Positions 60,372 to 64,000 of a stretch of DNA of 64,000 bases are shown one piece after another. The first letter of the stretch is position 1; each line of letters opens with the position of its first letter. The position numbers and the translations under genes are program-made. This stretch comes from a virus (lineage: Duplodnaviria; Caudoviricetes): positions 1 through 64,000 of the IMG/VR virus record IMGVR_UViG_3300036958_000333. One strand, 5' to 3'. The notes under the pieces are model-generated. The model saw only the letters and a program-made list of their open reading frames with translations. It was not told the DNA's origin and did no database searches.

Positions 60372-61843
60372 TAAAATAAACCTATATCTCTAATATTAGT
60401 TAGTTCAGTTTTTAAACTAGGATGTAAATTTGGTATTAATAATGTAAACATTATCTTATATTCTACTAACATTTTCTGAACTTCCAATGACAAATCTTGA
60501 AAATAATTATATGAAATTTTTTGATGACTATGTATTTTACCTTTTATTTTTAATAATTCTGGTTCGCATTTTATACAATAAAATACAACACCTAGATCAG
60601 GATTACTTATAAAAAATATATTATTAATATTCTGTTTCACTGCTTCATATTGTACGTTTTCAGTTGGATTATTAACATATAATATACACGAACCTTTTTG
60701 TTTAACGTCAGCTAATTGTAATTTTTCAGATGGATTAGGGATATAATATATACAAAATGGTTCTTTCATAACACTTTTCATATATATTTCTTCATATTGT
60801 TCATTATCTTTAAATAAATTATTAATAATATATTGTAAATTTCTTGAATCTTTTTTAATAGCATCAAGCTGTAATTCTTTTGAAGCTTTAGATATATAAT
60901 ATATAAAAGAAGATCTTGTTTTATAACCTTTTAACATAATATCGTTATATATTTTCATTATGTCTTTATCTTTATAAGCATATTTTTTAATATACCAATG
61001 AAAAGTAAATATATCGTTGCTAATATTAATGCTAAGATATATTTTTGTTAGTAATGAAATATTTTTATGATTTTTATTTATATGATTTTTTATTAAATTT
61101 AAAATATAAAGAAATTTTTCTTTATTATTATTGTATTTCATAAAGATAGTAATAAAATATACAAAAACATTTTCAAATAAATTTTTATCTTCATTTGAAA
61201 ACAAATTGTAAAATTTAGAAATGAAACGTTCAGTTATATTATTAAATTTAATTGTACTAATAAATTTAACATTTAGATATTCTTCTGGATTAGATTTAAT
61301 TAAGTCTAAAAATTTATCTTCAAATTCTCTATTTCCGGTATCAGTAATTAAATTATTAATAATAAAATCATGATCATATTTGATATTAACACCATTTCTA
61401 TATTCACTATTAATTTTATCTATAATTTTATCTGGAAAATAAAATTTTTTGTTATAACCTTTTTTTGCATTAAAATCAATTGTTTTTAAGCCTTGATAAT
61501 TTATTTTAATTAAAAAAGTAGAACTATATTTAAAGTTTTTTCCTAGCGTTATATTATAATCTAATATTAATTTATTATCAGAAATTCTATAAACCTTTAC
61601 GTTTAGATCTCCACTATATTTATTTTTTGAAAAAATTACTCCTATTTTTTTTGTTTTAAAATCTTTAAAATAATTATATTCTATTTTATATTTTTCGTTT
61701 ACATTATCATTTAATTTAATTTTACTTGTTTTTGATATACGAGATATAAAATTAATTAATTCATCTCTTCCCAAAATAAAACTATCAGATACTGTTAATT
61801 GATAAGTACCAGTATTACTTTTTTCTAAACCTTCTAATAACAT
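60371..61843 (-). CDS. Large protein with C-terminal DUF4116-like repeats and cap
   Basis: NPSEKLQLADVKQKG repeats, IPNLHPSLK...DIGLF. Confidence 0.8.
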   Translation of the reverse strand: MLLEGLEKSNTGTYQLTVSDSFILGRDELINFISRISKTSKIKLNDNVNEKYKIEYNYFKDFKTKKIGVIFSKNKYSGDLNVKVYRISDNKLILDYNITLGKNFKYSSTFLIKINYQGLKTIDFNAKKGYNKKFYFPDKIIDKINSEYRNGVNIKYDHDFIINNLITDTGNREFEDKFLDLIKSNPEEYLNVKFISTIKFNNITERFISKFYNLFSNEDKNLFENVFVYFITIFMKYNNNKEKFLYILNLIKNHINKNHKNISLLTKIYLSINISNDIFTFHWYIKKYAYKDKDIMKIYNDIMLKGYKTRSSFIYYISKASKELQLDAIKKDSRNLQYIINNLFKDNEQYEEIYMKSVMKEPFCIYYIPNPSEKLQLADVKQKGSCILYVNNPTENVQYEAVKQNINNIFFISNPDLGVVFYCIKCEPELLKIKGKIHSHQKISYNYFQDLSLEVQKMLVEYKIMFTLLIPNLHPSLKTELTNIRDIGLF

Positions 61844-61983
61844 ATATTCAGTAAATCTCTTTATTATATTATATTTGCCTCACATTTGTTATATTTATAT
61901 ATATAAAACAAAAAAAAATAAAGTAATAACTATATTATAATTATATAAATTATATAAATTATAAATTATTTATGGAGTAAAAA

Positions 61984-62331
61984 ATGGAAGAATATAAAAA
62001 TAAAGAAGTCAAAGCTAGAATAGTAGATATAAACACTCTTGTCCCATTAAGTATTATTATGGAAGTAGAAGAAAATGATAACAATAAAATAATTTCTGGA
62101 TTATTTTTTCTTGATCAAATTAACAAAGAAATATTTGATATTAATGGTCCAGTAGAAAAAAATATGAAAGAAGCAATACTAGAATGGATAAGAATAAAAA
62201 CACAAGAAGTTAAAAAACAAATGATGAGTCAATTATCATATGCAACACCAGAACAATTAGCTGCAATGGGAATAGATATAAATGATATGAATTTAAATGA
62301 TAATTCTAAGAAAATAATTCTTCCACATTAA
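61984..62331 (+). CDS. Hypothetical protein
   Basis: GGAG RBS, ends KIILPH. Confidence 0.65.
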   Translation: MEEYKNKEVKARIVDINTLVPLSIIMEVEENDNNKIISGLFFLDQINKEIFDINGPVEKNMKEAILEWIRIKTQEVKKQMMSQLSYATPEQLAAMGIDINDMNLNDNSKKIILPH

Positions 62332-62343
62332 TAAATATATAAT

Positions 62344-62697
62344 ATGCCATTAAATATTCCAATAATAATAGATTCTGAAAGTGATTCATATAGCAGTATA
62401 TTACAACAACTTGTATATATAACCAATGAAAATGAATCAATATTTTATATAAGAAACCTAAATAATATAAAAATAACTACTAAAATAGATAGAATACTAA
62501 TTACAATAGCTATATTAAAAAGAGGAGGATATATAAAAGATATATCATCTAATTATTCTGAATCGGATAGTGAAAACACTTATAGTTCTGTATTTCATTA
62601 TTATCTTGACAAAAAGTTTAATATAAGAAATAATGAAGTATTTAATGCAGATTGGAATAGAAGCCAAAGCGGTCATTGGAGCTATATAATAAAATGA
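62344..62697 (+). CDS. Hypothetical protein
   Basis: 117 aa. Confidence 0.55.
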   Translation: MPLNIPIIIDSESDSYSSILQQLVYITNENESIFYIRNLNNIKITTKIDRILITIAILKRGGYIKDISSNYSESDSENTYSSVFHYYLDKKFNIRNNEVFNADWNRSQSGHWSYIIK

Positions 62698-63128
62698 CAA
62701 ACGTATTTGTTGTTATATCGGCAGCTATACCAAAAGAAGAAAAACTCAATAGTCTTGCTATAAAAGTATCTTCTGTATGTACCAGATCATCTAAAGCCGA
62801 AGAAATAGCTAAAATAATAAAAACAACACACCCATCAGAAGAAATGGTATATGGAATAAATTGTAAAATAATAACATCTGTAATAGATGTTCCAATAACT
62901 GGAGATTTAGATAAAGATCAAGAATTAGTATATGTAATAATAACAGCTGCAATACCAACAAAGATTGGAAGCCATCCAATACAATTAAATGTTCATTCTG
63001 TCCATACTTCTCAAAACAGCGTAGAGCAAACTTTTAAAAAAATTCAATCAAAAGATTCTATTATAGTTAATGGAATAAACTGTGGACAACATGCATCAAT
63101 TATACCAATAAAATTAAATAAATCATGA
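62694..63128 (+). CDS. Protein made of two roughly 70-aa repeats
   Basis: VxVxIxAAIP..VxSVxT..GINC..SxI occurs twice; ATGA-coupled start at 62694. Confidence 0.65.
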   Translation: MTNVFVVISAAIPKEEKLNSLAIKVSSVCTRSSKAEEIAKIIKTTHPSEEMVYGINCKIITSVIDVPITGDLDKDQELVYVIITAAIPTKIGSHPIQLNVHSVHTSQNSVEQTFKKIQSKDSIIVNGINCGQHASIIPIKLNKS

Positions 63129-63787
63129 GTGAAAAAGTTTCTATAATTATAGTTCATCATGACGAACCAGAATATTTAAACATACTTTTGCAATCTATAA
63201 AAGTATGTTCTATAGAAAATGATTATATAATTAATGTAATAGACAATAATTCGAAAGAACAAAAATCTATAAACTTTATAAATAATTTAAAATCAAGAAA
63301 AGATATTAATATAATAGAAAATGATTCAGAAATTAGTTTTAGAGAATGTTTATATAAAGGAATAGAAGAATCAGAAGAATCTGATTATTTTGTTTTTTCT
63401 CATTCTGATAATGTAATATTAAACAAACAATGGTTAGATTATATGATAGGATTATTTATAGATAATAAAAAAATTGGAGCAATATGTGACAGTAAATTAA
63501 TAGAGTTTACGGGTCCAAATTCTCAAACTAATAAAGGACCAAATTATAATTTTTTAATGACTCCAACCGAAATATTTAATGCTGTTGGAAAATTTAAATA
63601 TAATAAATGCAATAATATAGGATTGTTTTTAGGATATCATTTTCAGCTTCAGGTTGTTGGTTTAGAAACAATAGGAGTATATAATGTTATTAATCACTAT
63701 AGTTTAGGTTCAATTTCTCAAGAACAAAAAATAGAAGATATAAAATTATTTAATCAACAATTTGTAGACCATGTTTCTGAAAAATGA
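63125..63787 (+). CDS. GT2-family glycosyltransferase-like protein
   Basis: VSIIIVH..VIDNNS..FVFSHSD..WLD. Confidence 0.75.
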   Translation: MSEKVSIIIVHHDEPEYLNILLQSIKVCSIENDYIINVIDNNSKEQKSINFINNLKSRKDINIIENDSEISFRECLYKGIEESEESDYFVFSHSDNVILNKQWLDYMIGLFIDNKKIGAICDSKLIEFTGPNSQTNKGPNYNFLMTPTEIFNAVGKFKYNKCNNIGLFLGYHFQLQVVGLETIGVYNVINHYSLGSISQEQKIEDIKLFNQQFVDHVSEK

Positions 63788-64000
63788 AAAAAATATTATT
63801 ATTTATATATTTTATATTTGTATCTGAAACAAAACTTAAATATTGTTTTAAATGCCCATATTTTTCTTTAAATAAAGAATATAAATTTAAAAAATCATTT
63901 AAATATTTTAGATTAAAATATCTAAAATATTTATATTATAAATATTTTAATATATTAAAAGAAGGATATTGCGAAATTACAATAATAAATCCAGTATTTA

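Overview
Very AT-rich, gene-dense window that most likely comes from a large (jumbo, possibly T4-like) bacteriophage. No capsid, terminase or polymerase gene is present to confirm this. 1-33 kb is an accessory region: a recombining array of DUF4116-like 22-aa-repeat genes, an HExxH gene array, many small orphans and several fresh pseudogenes. It also holds three tRNAs for AT-rich codons (Ile-UAU, Arg-UCU, Leu-UAA) next to homing-type endonucleases, JAB, macro, deaminase, phosphoesterase, radical SAM and SufE genes, and a recurrent YGAANNNTAAGCG upstream motif. 34-48.6 kb is one minus-strand gene run. It starts with a virion protein, then four paralogous (Gly-Tyr-Ser)n fibre-like proteins, a 5-domain glycosyl/methyltransferase, a split GT9 half, a PAS histidine kinase and a response regulator. 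Each fibre-like protein ends in a same-length cassette: Cys / 134-aa Hint / single Lys / 103-aa mini-Hint / 9-aa tail. 49-64 kb has probable virion genes, radical SAM proteins with the auxiliary Fe-S domain placed N-terminally, more sugar transferases and a nucleotidyltransferase. The best candidate for a new system is the tandem-Hint self-processing or ligating fibre locus with its glycosylation genes. Second is a set of unrelated proteins sharing an N-terminal capsid-targeting-like peptide and/or a C-terminal NxG-hydrophobic tag. All assignments come from reading motifs by eye; no database searches were run.
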